A DNA stretch of 64,000 nt from an uncultured Lactobacillales bacterium (lineage in GTDB: Bacteria; Pseudomonadota; Alphaproteobacteria; CAYJES01), in assembly GCA_964369365.1 (NCBI GenBank), contig CAYJES010000001.1:30967-94966 (forward strand), written 5' to 3'. The position numbers were made by a program, and so were the translations under genes. This document shows positions 18,469 through 29,005 of this stretch, piece by piece. Within the stretch, counting starts at the first letter, position 1, and each line of letters starts with the position of its first letter. Under the pieces are notes generated by a model. That model saw nothing but the letters and a program-made list of their open reading frames with translations. It did not search any database and was not told where the DNA came from.

Positions 18469-19098
18469 ATGAAAGTATTATTAATAAATGGCAGTCCTAA
18501 ACCAAAAGGATGCACATTCACAGCATTATCAATTATTGCGAAAGAATTAAGCGAACAAGGAATTGAAAGCGAAATTTTTAACATAGGAACAACGCCTATT
18601 ATCGGATGTATTGCATGCAAACAATGTCATAAAAATAATCTAGGCAAATGTATTTTTGATAATGATGTTACAAATAAATGTATCGAGCTAGCAGAACAGG
18701 CTGATGGGATTATTGTTGGATCACCTGTTTACTTTGCTGGTCCAAATTCTGCTTTATGTGCTATGCTGGATCGGATGTTTTTTTCAGCAAATGCAAAATT
18801 TAATTTCAAACCAGCCGCAGCAATAGCAAGTGCCAGAAGGGCTGGAACTACCGCTACTATTGATAGGATTAACAAATATTTTTCATTTGCAAACATGCCT
18901 ATTGTATCATCGATGTATTGGAATGAAATTCATGGAAACACGCCAGAAGAAGCTATGCAAGATGAGGAAGGTGTCCAAATTATGAGAACGCTTGGGCGTA
19001 ATATGGCTTGGATGTTAAAAAATATTGAAGCCGGAAAGGAAAAAGGAATAGAACAACCAACGCCAGAAGCAAGGACTATGACCAATTTCATTCGTTAA
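18469..19098 (+). CDS. Flavodoxin-like NADPH-dependent FMN reductase / iron-sulfur flavoprotein.
   Basis: MKVLLINGSPKPKGCT flavodoxin-like N-terminus. Cys pairs CIACKQC. Confidence 0.6.
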   Translation: MKVLLINGSPKPKGCTFTALSIIAKELSEQGIESEIFNIGTTPIIGCIACKQCHKNNLGKCIFDNDVTNKCIELAEQADGIIVGSPVYFAGPNSALCAMLDRMFFSANAKFNFKPAAAIASARRAGTTATIDRINKYFSFANMPIVSSMYWNEIHGNTPEEAMQDEEGVQIMRTLGRNMAWMLKNIEAGKEKGIEQPTPEARTMTNFIR

Positions 19099-19109
19099 GG
19101 CGGTTTAGG

Positions 19110-19439
19110 TTATGAATTTTCTGGTAATTTAAAAAGTCCACAAACACAGACGCCATTTTCTTTTACTTCTTCTACACACAATGGCGAACCGCAATAACGT
19201 TGATTATTATTTGCATCACAAGGGCATGGGCCCCAATTTTCTAATCCGAAATTTTTTAATTTTGCCATTACTATTGCATCAAGTGAAACCTCATTAACTT
19301 CCCAGTTATTTTCTTTTGCTATTCGAGCTATTTCCTTTTCCATTTCAGAACAAGTCTTCACTGCAGGAACATTAGATTGGTTTATTTCATCATCTGTTAA
19401 AACTGCATCTATTTTTTTATTTTCGTTTTCTTTATCCAT
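19110..19439 (-). CDS. Ferredoxin-thioredoxin reductase catalytic-subunit-like protein.
   Basis: CPC...C...C..C.C motif (WGPCPCDANNNQRYCGSPLC...GVCVCGLF) matching the FTR catalytic chain. Confidence 0.55.
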   Translation of the reverse strand: MDKENENKKIDAVLTDDEINQSNVPAVKTCSEMEKEIARIAKENNWEVNEVSLDAIVMAKLKNFGLENWGPCPCDANNNQRYCGSPLCVEEVKENGVCVCGLFKLPENS

Positions 19440-19530
19440 GATAATATCTCCTTAACATCTAAAGAATAATATAAAATATTTAAATGTCAATATTTGACAA
19501 TTTATGTAATAAGTTTTATTCTTTATTATC

Positions 19531-20712
19531 ATGATAAAACGTAACCTTACCCTTTTTAAAATCGATAATTTTTTCAGTTATCTCTACCCTATCACTGTAA
19601 TTATGGTGGTATATCTTGAAAGCATAACAAATTCCTATGCCATCGCTATGCTTATACTTTCTTTTACTAGTATTACTGTTTCTATTATGGAAATTCCTGC
19701 TGGGATTTTTTCCGATAAAATAGGAAGAAGGAAAACCCTTATCCTGCATAGTATAGCTTTTTTTGTTACCGCTGTATTAATGGCGCTTGCGGGGAGTTTT
19801 AATTCTACTTCATTTCTTTTTATTGGGGCGGTTATTTTTGGAATTTCAAAAGCCTTGCTTTCTGGCACTGATGAAGCTCTTATCTATGAAACAGCAGAAG
19901 AAATGGGTAACAAAAAAGATTTTGATATCATATTTGCTAAGTCTGGATTTTGGATTCAAATGGGGCTTTTAGGGGCTGCTGTTATCGGGGCTGTTATAAC
20001 CTACTATTTTGATATGGTGGTGTTGGCGTGGGTTGCTGTGGTAGCTATCTCTCCTTGCGTTATCGTGAAATTCTTTTACATCGAACCGAAAAGAACCAAA
20101 AAATATAAAAAGAAAAAGAAAAATTCTATTATCCATTTAAAAATAGCTGCAAGAAAACTGTGGCGGAATAAAAGGTTAAGGTTTTTTGCCCTTATAAATA
20201 TTTTTGACAATTCTATTTCTTTATCTGCAAATAGATTTGAAAGCGCTTATTTCGCTTCTCTTGTTCCTCTGTGGATGGTTAATGTTGCAAGAATGTTAAA
20301 ACAAATTTCAGGTGCAGTTGGATTTTATTTATTGCCTAAAATAAAATTTTTAGGCTCAGTTAAAATCTTATTTTTTTCTATCATAAGCAATATATTTATC
20401 AGGATTTGGGGGCTGTTTTTAAATAACATTTACACGTCTTTTATAATTTCATTGGGAAATATATGTTATGGACCTGGACACACAGCCAGTTCGGATATTC
20501 TTCACAACGAATTCACGCCATCGCAACGGGCTACTATGAAATCTATTATATCTTTTGCTGGTAATATAATTAATGCATTTGCCATGTTCGGATTAGGAGT
20601 TTTGGCTGATATATATTCTCCAAAAATTGCTTTAATTATCGGGGTCAGCGCAAAAATTATAGTTGTTATTTTATCTCTTTGCATACTTAAAAATTCAAAA
20701 AGTTTACGCTAG
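19531..20712 (+). CDS. MFS-type transporter, inverted paralogue of 14684..15874.
   Basis: N-termini MIKRNLTLFKIDNFF and MIKRNITLFKINGFF, with the DKIGRRKTLIL loop conserved between the two. Confidence 0.7.
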   Translation: MIKRNLTLFKIDNFFSYLYPITVIMVVYLESITNSYAIAMLILSFTSITVSIMEIPAGIFSDKIGRRKTLILHSIAFFVTAVLMALAGSFNSTSFLFIGAVIFGISKALLSGTDEALIYETAEEMGNKKDFDIIFAKSGFWIQMGLLGAAVIGAVITYYFDMVVLAWVAVVAISPCVIVKFFYIEPKRTKKYKKKKKNSIIHLKIAARKLWRNKRLRFFALINIFDNSISLSANRFESAYFASLVPLWMVNVARMLKQISGAVGFYLLPKIKFLGSVKILFFSIISNIFIRIWGLFLNNIYTSFIISLGNICYGPGHTASSDILHNEFTPSQRATMKSIISFAGNIINAFAMFGLGVLADIYSPKIALIIGVSAKIIVVILSLCILKNSKSLR

Positions 20713-21375
20713 ATAATTATCAAGGTATTCATTCCAGTTATCCAAACCTTGTTCATTAAAAAAATTACGCAAGAATAAAACCATAAAATCATGGCGATCT
20801 TTTGCTATTTTTTTACCTGTTTGGGTTTGCATTGCGCCTTTTAATTTCAATAATTTATCGAAAAAATGATTAATTGAATTATCTTCTTTTCTTACCTGTT
20901 TATATTGCTCAAGAGTTATATTTTTTATTGGAAATATGTTTTCATCAAACAAATCTTTTCCCTTTGAACAACCATACATAATTGTCCTGCAAATTCCTAT
21001 TGCACCTAATGTATCTAGCTTATCAGCATCAGAAAGTATTTTCATTTCTATTGATTTAAAGTTTGGATTACCACCACTTTTTGAAAAGCTGCTATTTTCG
21101 ATAGCTTCCACAATATCAGAAATAAAATCCTCATCAAGATTTAATGAAGATAGGAATTTTAAAACATTTCCACCACCGGTATTCATCTTATAATCATCGA
21201 CATCATGCAATAATGCTGACATTAAAACAATTTGTTCATTAGCGGAAGGTTCAGATTTTAAAATTTCTTTTGCGTTTTTATAAACCCTTTTTATATGTGA
21301 AAAATCGTGTCCAGAATTGTCTTTTGAGTGAAATTCTTCTGCAAATTTATATGCTTTTTCTATTAAACCGTTCAT
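20704..21375 (-). CDS. HD-domain phosphohydrolase.
   Basis: H...HD motif (FSHIKRV ... SALLHDVDD). Confidence 0.65.
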   Translation of the reverse strand: MNGLIEKAYKFAEEFHSKDNSGHDFSHIKRVYKNAKEILKSEPSANEQIVLMSALLHDVDDYKMNTGGGNVLKFLSSLNLDEDFISDIVEAIENSSFSKSGGNPNFKSIEMKILSDADKLDTLGAIGICRTIMYGCSKGKDLFDENIFPIKNITLEQYKQVRKEDNSINHFFDKLLKLKGAMQTQTGKKIAKDRHDFMVLFLRNFFNEQGLDNWNEYLDNYLA

Positions 21376-21383
21376 TTATCCGC

Positions 21384-22541
21384 TTATTTTACTTCTATTA
21401 GTTCATAATTTTGCGTACCTATACCAAGTTTTTCGGCATGGTCAACACATACTTGCCAATCTGTATTAGAATGCATAGTTTTAAAATGATCTTTTGATTC
21501 ATTATGTTCAGAACATCCGCAACCACTTTTGCATTTATTTAATTTATCGCCAATAAAGCTGTTTTCAAATGCTTTTTGATTATTACAAGCGTCGGCGCAA
21601 GCCTTGTCCAAAGCCACAGGATCGAATGAAGCAAACATCCCAATATCAGGAATGACAGGGGCGTCATTTTCAGCATGGCAATCACAATATGGAGATACAT
21701 CAATAACAAGGCTGATGTGGAAATGCGGTCTGTCTTTTACAACAGCTAGTGCATATTCGGCCATTTTCTTATTCAAATCAGATTCAGCAGAATCCCATTC
21801 TGGATATATTGCATCAAACACACAAGAACCTAAACATCTGCCACAACCTACGCATTTATCATGATTAATTTGAGCAATACCAGAAGCTACAAAAGAAATT
21901 GCCCCATGAGCACAATTTTTAAAACAAGCTTTACACTTTCTACACACAGATGAATTTACCTTTGGCTTGCCTGCAGAATGTTGTTCCATTTTGCCAGCCC
22001 TACTGCCACAACCCATACCTATATTTTTTAATGCTCCGCCAAATCCTGTTAATTCATGACCTTTAAAATGATTTAGAGAAATAAAAATATCTGCATCCAT
22101 TATGGCTGTTCCTATTTTTGCCTCTTTCACAAGTTCTCCATCAATCGGCACCAAAGTTTCATCCGTGCCTTTTAAGCCATCTGCTATTATCACATGACAT
22201 CCAGTCGAAAAAGGCGTATAACCATTTTCATAAGCAGCATCGATATGTTCCAATGCATTTTTGCGTCTGCCCACATAAAGTGTATTACAATCGGTTAAGA
22301 ATGGCTTTCCGCCCAAAGATTTTACAACATCTGCTATTACTTTTGAGTAATTAGGGCGAAGAAAAGCAAGATTGCCTGGTTCACCAAAATGAATTTTGAT
22401 TGCACAAAATTTTTCAGCGAAATCTATATTTTCTATTCCAGCTTTTCTTACCAACTTTTCCAATTTTTTTAATAAACTTGTTCCTGGTAATGCACGCATA
22501 TCAGAAAAATAAACTTTACTTTTTTCCATTTCAATCTCCAT
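21384..22541 (-). CDS. DUF362-family protein with a C-terminal 2x[4Fe-4S] ferredoxin domain.
   Basis: CRKCKACFKNC and CVGCGRCLGSC cluster motifs. Confidence 0.6.
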   Translation of the reverse strand: MEIEMEKSKVYFSDMRALPGTSLLKKLEKLVRKAGIENIDFAEKFCAIKIHFGEPGNLAFLRPNYSKVIADVVKSLGGKPFLTDCNTLYVGRRKNALEHIDAAYENGYTPFSTGCHVIIADGLKGTDETLVPIDGELVKEAKIGTAIMDADIFISLNHFKGHELTGFGGALKNIGMGCGSRAGKMEQHSAGKPKVNSSVCRKCKACFKNCAHGAISFVASGIAQINHDKCVGCGRCLGSCVFDAIYPEWDSAESDLNKKMAEYALAVVKDRPHFHISLVIDVSPYCDCHAENDAPVIPDIGMFASFDPVALDKACADACNNQKAFENSFIGDKLNKCKSGCGCSEHNESKDHFKTMHSNTDWQVCVDHAEKLGIGTQNYELIEVK

Positions 22542-22597
22542 AAAAAATTAATTATATCATATAGTTATAGCACCCTATACAACACTGTCAATCTATT

Positions 22598-23764
22598 TTA
22601 AAGCCAACCTGTTTTTACAATATTAGCACCGAATTTATTTTCAAGCGCATCTATTGCTTTACTTAATTCATCATCTTTTGGTTTTTGATTTTCTTCACTA
22701 AACAAACTTTGCTGAACTTCTGCATTAAAAGAAATGTCGTCTAAAGAAATTCCGCAGCTGCGATAAATTTTATTTGTTTTAAATAACTGATTAAACAACT
22801 TTGTTACAACTTCTTTTACTTCTTGTTCTGAATTTGTTTTTTTAGGTAATCTTTCTTTTTTTACAACCATTTCAAAATCTTTATACCTTAGCATTACGCC
22901 AACAACGCTAGTGTACCCATTCCATGCGCGCAATTTACGACATGCTTGTTGAATATGATAATTAAGCGAAGTGCTTATAAAATATTTATCCTGAGTAAAT
23001 TCTGAAAAAGCTTGAGAACTTTGAATAGATTTAGGAGGGATAGGGTCTTTTTCTATTTTATTAATCAAAATTCCTGAAAGTTCATTTTTAATTTGCGCAC
23101 CGCTTATTCCTAATGCTTTTTTGATGTCTATATCGTTCGCACTCATAAAATCTGAAATAGTTAAAATCTTTGCTTGTTGTAATTGTTTATGATGTTGTTT
23201 GCCAATACCGGAAACATGGTTAATAGGCAAATGTCCCAATTTTTCCACTAATTCTTGTGGTTTTATTTCGTAAATTCCGCCAGATGATTTTGCTTGCTCG
23301 CTTGCCAATTTGGCCAGTAGCTTTGTCGAAGAAATGCCTATTGAAACAGAAATTTTCAACTTGTCATAAATTTCTTGCTTAATATCTTTCCCTATTTCTG
23401 CATAGCTTTTTTTATATACTTTATCCAAAGTAGATAAATCTATGTATGCTTCATCTATTGATGCAATCTCTACTACTGGGCTGAAATTTTTAACCAGTTC
23501 CATAACTTGCGCTGAAATTTCTTTATACCTTTGCATTCGTGAAGAAATAAAAACGACGTTATCATATTTATCCTTTATCTTAAAATAAGGGTCGCACATT
23601 TTTATGCCTAAAGCTTTTACTTCCTTAGATCTTGCTAGAACTATACCCCTGTCTGTTATTCTGCTCATCACACAGACAGGTTTGCCCATTAATTCATGAT
23701 TGTCCGCTTGTTCACACGATGCAAAAAAAGAATCGCAATCAATTAACCCTATTACATTTTCCAT
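22598..23764 (-). CDS. dinB: DNA polymerase IV (Y-family).
   Basis: N-terminal IDCDSFFASCE. Later SIDEAYIDL catalytic motifs. Confidence 0.8.
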   Translation of the reverse strand: MENVIGLIDCDSFFASCEQADNHELMGKPVCVMSRITDRGIVLARSKEVKALGIKMCDPYFKIKDKYDNVVFISSRMQRYKEISAQVMELVKNFSPVVEIASIDEAYIDLSTLDKVYKKSYAEIGKDIKQEIYDKLKISVSIGISSTKLLAKLASEQAKSSGGIYEIKPQELVEKLGHLPINHVSGIGKQHHKQLQQAKILTISDFMSANDIDIKKALGISGAQIKNELSGILINKIEKDPIPPKSIQSSQAFSEFTQDKYFISTSLNYHIQQACRKLRAWNGYTSVVGVMLRYKDFEMVVKKERLPKKTNSEQEVKEVVTKLFNQLFKTNKIYRSCGISLDDISFNAEVQQSLFSEENQKPKDDELSKAIDALENKFGANIVKTGWL

Positions 23765-23774
23765 TTAATCTTTG

Positions 23775-24518
23775 TTATTTACTATATTTTTCAAGAATGG
23801 CTTGATATTCACCAGACAATTTAATTTCATCTATCGCATCTTGGATTTTTAAAATAACTTCGTCAGGAATATTTTTATTAAATGAATATGATAAATCATT
23901 AGTACCAAGAGAGCCTATAATTTCATATTTATCCAATAGCCCTTTATTTTTAAGTGTCCAAATTGCTACGTTTCCTTCATAAGTCCAATATTTTGCTTTT
24001 CCCGATTCAAGAGCACTTACAACATCATTCAAATTTGAAAATTCTAAGAAATCTTTATCTGCTACCCCTGCTTCACTTTTTGCAAGAACTTGACCTATAT
24101 CACCTTTTATCACCGCAATTTTAGAACCTTTTAACTGTTTAGGATCTGTGATTTTTTTTGTTCCTTTTTTTGCGATTATAGCTGTTCTAGTAGGTGCTAC
24201 CGGCCCTACCCATTTAAATAATGGGTCACGAGCATCACTTCTAGTTGTGGAAAAAATTACCGTATTAGGATTGTTTAATGCTGCATTATAACCTGCATTC
24301 CAATCAGTTAGAATCACATCTTTAGCTGTCAAAGAAGAGCCAGCTTTCTTAAGAGCTAGCGCCAATAAATCAACAGCTATTCCTGTGTTTTTTCCTTTTA
24401 CCTTGAAATTATACGGAGGATAATCTTCTGTATATAAAATTAAATCGTTTATATTTTGCGCTTTTACATTTGAAATTGTTGTTAAAAAAACTATCAATGT
24501 TAATAAAATTTTTCTCAT
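23775..24518 (-). CDS. Periplasmic solute-binding protein (family 3, amino-acid ABC transporter type).
   Basis: Signal peptide. Size 247 aa. SBP_bac_3-like pattern. Confidence 0.55.
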   Translation of the reverse strand: MRKILLTLIVFLTTISNVKAQNINDLILYTEDYPPYNFKVKGKNTGIAVDLLALALKKAGSSLTAKDVILTDWNAGYNAALNNPNTVIFSTTRSDARDPLFKWVGPVAPTRTAIIAKKGTKKITDPKQLKGSKIAVIKGDIGQVLAKSEAGVADKDFLEFSNLNDVVSALESGKAKYWTYEGNVAIWTLKNKGLLDKYEIIGSLGTNDLSYSFNKNIPDEVILKIQDAIDEIKLSGEYQAILEKYSK

Positions 24519-24544
24519 CTTTTTAATCCCTTCTTCATAGCTTT

Positions 24545-26578
24545 TTATGATTTAATTTCTTTTAAGAAAGAAGTTATTGCTTGTTTTAAATTATTAGTTT
24601 CTTCAGTAAGATTGTCTGAAGAATCTTTCATATTATGTGCTGCTATTTCTGTTTGCTTTATCGAATCGAATACTTGATTAATGTTACCAGAAACTTTTTG
24701 AGTTTCGGTTGATACCAGCGATATATTTTGTGAAATTTCTTCTGCTGCTACATTTTGTTGACTTACCGAATTATCAATACTTTGCGATATTGCGTTAAGC
24801 CTGTCTATGATATCACGTATCAGTGCAATTGATGATGTTGCTTCACCTACCACTGTTTGCATTTCAAGAATTTGAGCAGAAATTTCTTCTGTTGCTTTAC
24901 CTGTTTGTGCTGCCAAAGATTTAACTTCATTTGCCACAACTGCGAACCCTTTACCTGCCTCGCCTGCTCTGGCTGCTTCTATGGTTGCGTTAAGAGCCAA
25001 TAGATTAGTTTGGTCTGCGATATCTTTGATTAAATCAAGAACCTGACCAATTTTTCCTGCCGCAAACGATAAATTTTCCATTGTCGCATTTGTGTTCTCA
25101 GCCTGTTCCACGGACTTTCCAGCTATATCAGTTGATTCCATTACTTGTTGCGATATTTCATTAATAGATGCAGAGAGTTCTTCTATCGACGCAGATACCG
25201 TGTTTATACTTTCCGCCACCCTTGATGCTGCGGCTGAACCATCACTTGCTTGTGAAGATGATTTACCCGCATCATCAAGCAAATGCGACGCTACCTCATT
25301 CATTGTTACTGCTGATTCTGCTAGCCTATCTACAATTACTCCTACTCTTTCTTCGAAATCATTAGCAAGTCTTATTTGTTTGCCTTTTTGAACAGCATCC
25401 GCTTCCTCTTTCAATTTGTCTAAGCCCTTAACTTTAGCCACATTTTCCTTAAACACTTGAACCGCTTTTGCCATCATTCCTATTTCGTCAGCTCTATTTA
25501 AACTTGGAACCTCTACTTCATCATTACCATTTGATAATTCACCCATTACATTTACCATTTTAAGAAGTGGTGGTGTTATGCTTCTGACTATTACAATTGC
25601 AACAAATGCCAACACAACAAACGAGCCCAGTCCCACTACCGCAATGATAATTCGTGAAGTTTCTGCAGATGCAAGAGATGAAACAGCTGTTTCTTTTGAT
25701 GATCCGCTTACTTCCTGCATTAATGAATTTGATTCATTTTGAATATTTGATATTAAATTATTCATTAAATCTTCTATCGTAGAATTATTATTAGCTAGCT
25801 CATAAAGTTTTCCCATACTTGTTTCATATTTAGCAATACTTTCTTCTGTGAATTGCAATCTTTCTTGAACTTGGCTATCCTTATTGGTCTTAGCTATTAA
25901 TTTTGCCCTAGATTTCACACGATTAATATAACGAACAAGTCCTTTATAATTTTCATTTGAAATATTATTAATAAATGCTGTTCCAAAACGACGCAATTCA
26001 GAAATATCACGTTCCAAAGTTGCTATTGTGTTCGTGGTTTTCATCAAGCTTTTAATACTAGAAAATTGATTTTTATTTAGCATATAAACCTGTCTGCCCG
26101 ACATCACAATTACGAAATCTTTAATAAATGAAGTCAATCTTGAACCTTCGCGAACACTTGCTTGCTTATTTTCTTCTATTGATTTGTTATTTTCAACCAA
26201 TGTACTAAACAGTTTTGATGACTCTTCCAATTCTTTTTGTATATTTTTCAAATCTTCAATTATTGTTTCTTCTGATCCATTTGTTTCTAGCAAACTTATA
26301 GATTTTTCAATAGTAGATCTAGTCGTGGCAATAGAAGTTTGCGCAATTGTTTGATTATCCAAAATTGGTGCACGAATATATATTTGAACGTCATTGCTGA
26401 GGTTTGATGCTTGATTTTTAACCTCACCTATTTCAATTACTTCCTGTAACGTCAACGATGTAGATCTCTCCAAAACATTATTCATTTGGGACAAAGAAAA
26501 GTAACCATTTATAGCCACAACAAAAACGATTGCCAAAGCCAAGCAATAACCTAATACAATTTTCATACTTATTTTCAT
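24545..26578 (-). CDS. Methyl-accepting chemotaxis protein.
   Basis: Two TM segments with a periplasmic domain and HAMP region. Highly conserved signalling tip [31 protein letters not shown]. Confidence 0.85.
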   Translation of the reverse strand: MKISMKIVLGYCLALAIVFVVAINGYFSLSQMNNVLERSTSLTLQEVIEIGEVKNQASNLSNDVQIYIRAPILDNQTIAQTSIATTRSTIEKSISLLETNGSEETIIEDLKNIQKELEESSKLFSTLVENNKSIEENKQASVREGSRLTSFIKDFVIVMSGRQVYMLNKNQFSSIKSLMKTTNTIATLERDISELRRFGTAFINNISNENYKGLVRYINRVKSRAKLIAKTNKDSQVQERLQFTEESIAKYETSMGKLYELANNNSTIEDLMNNLISNIQNESNSLMQEVSGSSKETAVSSLASAETSRIIIAVVGLGSFVVLAFVAIVIVRSITPPLLKMVNVMGELSNGNDEVEVPSLNRADEIGMMAKAVQVFKENVAKVKGLDKLKEEADAVQKGKQIRLANDFEERVGVIVDRLAESAVTMNEVASHLLDDAGKSSSQASDGSAAASRVAESINTVSASIEELSASINEISQQVMESTDIAGKSVEQAENTNATMENLSFAAGKIGQVLDLIKDIADQTNLLALNATIEAARAGEAGKGFAVVANEVKSLAAQTGKATEEISAQILEMQTVVGEATSSIALIRDIIDRLNAISQSIDNSVSQQNVAAEEISQNISLVSTETQKVSGNINQVFDSIKQTEIAAHNMKDSSDNLTEETNNLKQAITSFLKEIKS

Positions 26579-26656
26579 AATAAATCTCTCTTTATAAAAC
26601 TAGTTCCAAATACAAACTGGTGCTACTATAACTTTTAAAAAGTTAATATATAGTAA

Positions 26657-26839
26657 TTATTGGTTTATATCTTTTGGTGTGGTATTTTCAGAACTATCTT
26701 CTGATTTTCCTTCTTCTAGTCCTTCTTTAAAATCTTTTTTAGCTTTACCTAAAGACTTAGCCAGCTTAGGTATTTGGCGAGAACCAAACAACAATAAAAC
26801 TAACACTAATATTATTAAAATTTCTGATGTTCCTATCAT
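26657..26839 (-). CDS. tatA: Twin-arginine translocase subunit TatA/E.
   Basis: Single TM helix plus amphipathic helix. LLFGSRQIPKLAKSLGKAKKDFK. Confidence 0.75.
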   Translation of the reverse strand: MIGTSEILIILVLVLLLFGSRQIPKLAKSLGKAKKDFKEGLEEGKSEDSSENTTPKDINQ

Positions 26840-26965
26840 AACTATCTCCTATATTATAATGATTTATACTAATAACGAATCTAGCTTAACTACTAAAAAT
26901 CGTCAAGATTTATTAATCATCAAGACGCTATCCGAGTTAGTAAATATATTTTAAATCTTTTTGCC

Positions 26966-27577
26966 CTATTTTTCTTTTATTTTTAATAAATGAAATGTTG
27001 TTTTATTATTATTGTCATCTTCTATATTTTCATACATCAAGTAAAGACCATACATTTCGCCTGCATTTTTCCGACATATTATAGCTGTATCAGAATCTAT
27101 TTCGCCTGTTGACAAATATAAAGCACCTATTGCAGTATCTGCTATTTCTTTTTCCTTTAAATCCGAAACGATCTTTTTTCTGGTTTCTTTTGTTTGTAAT
27201 AATGCTTGGGGATGCGATGCTATATACTTTAAACTGTCATTAGGAATATCAATGGATTTTTTAAAAACACAATGATGAATAGATAAAATTTCAATAGATA
27301 TTATTTCTGTATTAATATTTTCAAAAGCAATCTTTGTTTCCTGAACTATGCCTCCTATCGAATTTTCTATTGCAACCACACCATAATCAATTTCTTTTTT
27401 TAACAACGAATCTGCTACTCTTGCCGATGATATCAAAGGTATAAATTCAACATTTATGAATCCCAACTTTATGGCAAAAGATTTAGCAGCCGCTTCGCTA
27501 TTGCTGCCTATATCACCTTGATAACCTATTTTCACAAAAATTTTCCTTTTATAAAATTGACTTATATCGTAATTCAT
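26966..27577 (-). CDS. Prephenate dehydratase domain protein (PDT only, no ACT).
   Basis: IENSIGGIV and HPQALLQT motifs. Confidence 0.55.
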   Translation of the reverse strand: MNYDISQFYKRKIFVKIGYQGDIGSNSEAAAKSFAIKLGFINVEFIPLISSARVADSLLKKEIDYGVVAIENSIGGIVQETKIAFENINTEIISIEILSIHHCVFKKSIDIPNDSLKYIASHPQALLQTKETRKKIVSDLKEKEIADTAIGALYLSTGEIDSDTAIICRKNAGEMYGLYLMYENIEDDNNNKTTFHLLKIKEK

Positions 27578-27615
27578 TTATTATTGCATAAAACATTTAA
27601 ATAAGGAAAATAAAA

Positions 27616-28083
27616 ATGAGCGAACAAAATACTCTATTACTTAAATTAAAAGACGGCGATGTAAGAATTGAAATGTTGCCTGATATTGCGCCTAATCACG
27701 TTGCGAGAATCAAAGAATTGGTTAGCGAAGGATTTTATGACGGCCTTAAATTTCACCGTGTAATAGATGAATTTATGGCTCAAACAGGTTGCCCAAAAGG
27801 CACAGGCACAGGAGGAAGCGGCCAAAAATTAAAAGCTGAATTCAGTGATATTCCTCATACACGCGGAACAGTTTCTATGGCCAGATCAATGGATATTAAT
27901 TCAGGAGATAGTCAATTTTTCATTTGCTTTGAAGATTGTTCTTGGTTGGACGGTCAATATACCGTTTGGGGCAAGGTTACTGCTGGTATGGAATTTGTAG
28001 ATGCCATCAAAAAAGGCGACGAAAACTCAGGTGAGGTTGACGAACCAGATGAAATTATTTCTATCACCCTTGTTTCTGAATAA
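27616..28083 (+). CDS. Cyclophilin-type peptidyl-prolyl cis-trans isomerase.
   Basis: FHRVIDEFMAQTGCPKGTGTGG and downstream cyclophilin motifs. Confidence 0.85.
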   Translation: MSEQNTLLLKLKDGDVRIEMLPDIAPNHVARIKELVSEGFYDGLKFHRVIDEFMAQTGCPKGTGTGGSGQKLKAEFSDIPHTRGTVSMARSMDINSGDSQFFICFEDCSWLDGQYTVWGKVTAGMEFVDAIKKGDENSGEVDEPDEIISITLVSE

Positions 28084-28188
28084 AACATAATATGAATTTG
28101 TAAAAAGTTAACTTTTTCTTCAGTCATCCTTTTGGCTGATTATAGCCTATTACAAAAATTAATACACTTTATGGTTGCGATGAATTTC

Positions 28189-28217
28189 AACCACAAGTAG
28201 TGTTGGTTGATTTTTTT
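28189..28217 (+). terminator. Putative rho-independent terminator ~105 nt downstream of the PPIase gene.
   Basis: Imperfect stem CAACCACA / TGTTGGTTG followed by a T7 run at 28211-28217. Confidence 0.45.
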
Positions 28218-28289
28218 CTTGCAGTCTTATAAAACTTTAGATATAATTAAAACATAGATAAGCAATTAATACGTGTAAAGGATATAATT

Positions 28290-28916
28290 ATGAAAATCTT
28301 GATTTCTAACAAAATTGCAAAAATAAAAAATCATCTAGTGCAAAATAAAAACGATGTTACAACTTTAACATCAAAACAACTCGATGATATTTTTACCCTT
28401 TTGGAAAATGACAACCAAATATCTATGATTATTATAAACGACGAAGAAAATTGGAAACAGTTTGTGGTTGATATTTCATCTGAATTTCCAAACGTTAAAA
28501 TTGTTGTGTTTGCAAAATCTAAAAATGCAATCGATATAAAATATGCCTATAAACATAATGTAGCAAGTTTCATTCCTGACGACTTTTCCCCGAAAATGTT
28601 AAAAAGCATTTTTGAATTTGTAATAGAAGGAGGATGTTTTTATCCGCCTGAAATTTACGATGTTAAAAGTGAAAATAACACTTCTCGTAATCTTAATGAG
28701 CATGAAATTTATATCAGCCCTAAATATTTAACAAACCGTCAAGGAGAAGTACTTGAAAAATTATACAAAGGTCTTTCAAACAAGCAAATAGCATATGAAA
28801 TGAATGTAACAGAATCAACAGTTAAATTACATATTAAATCGTTGTTGCGGTCTTTGAATGCAAGAAACAGAACACATGCGGTTATGAACGCAATAAGACT
28901 TGGGATAAAAGCTTAA
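28290..28916 (+). CDS. LuxR-family transcriptional regulator (C-terminal HTH) with a non-canonical N-terminal domain.
   Basis: C-terminal LuxR HTH (LTNRQGEVLEKLYKGLSNKQIAYEMNVTESTVKLHIKSLLRSL). The N-terminus lacks the receiver DD pocket. Confidence 0.65.
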   Translation: MKILISNKIAKIKNHLVQNKNDVTTLTSKQLDDIFTLLENDNQISMIIINDEENWKQFVVDISSEFPNVKIVVFAKSKNAIDIKYAYKHNVASFIPDDFSPKMLKSIFEFVIEGGCFYPPEIYDVKSENNTSRNLNEHEIYISPKYLTNRQGEVLEKLYKGLSNKQIAYEMNVTESTVKLHIKSLLRSLNARNRTHAVMNAIRLGIKA

Positions 28917-29005
28917 ATATTTATTTTAGTTTAAATAAAAAAATAATATATAATCAACAAAAATATAAAATTCATTATGAAATATGAAATATTGGGAATA
29001 ATTGA

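Noticed and set aside
26679-26954. 91-aa plus-strand ORF overlapping tatA.
   Set aside because: It is antisense to the well-conserved TatA ORF and reads through the tatA promoter region. Considered spurious.
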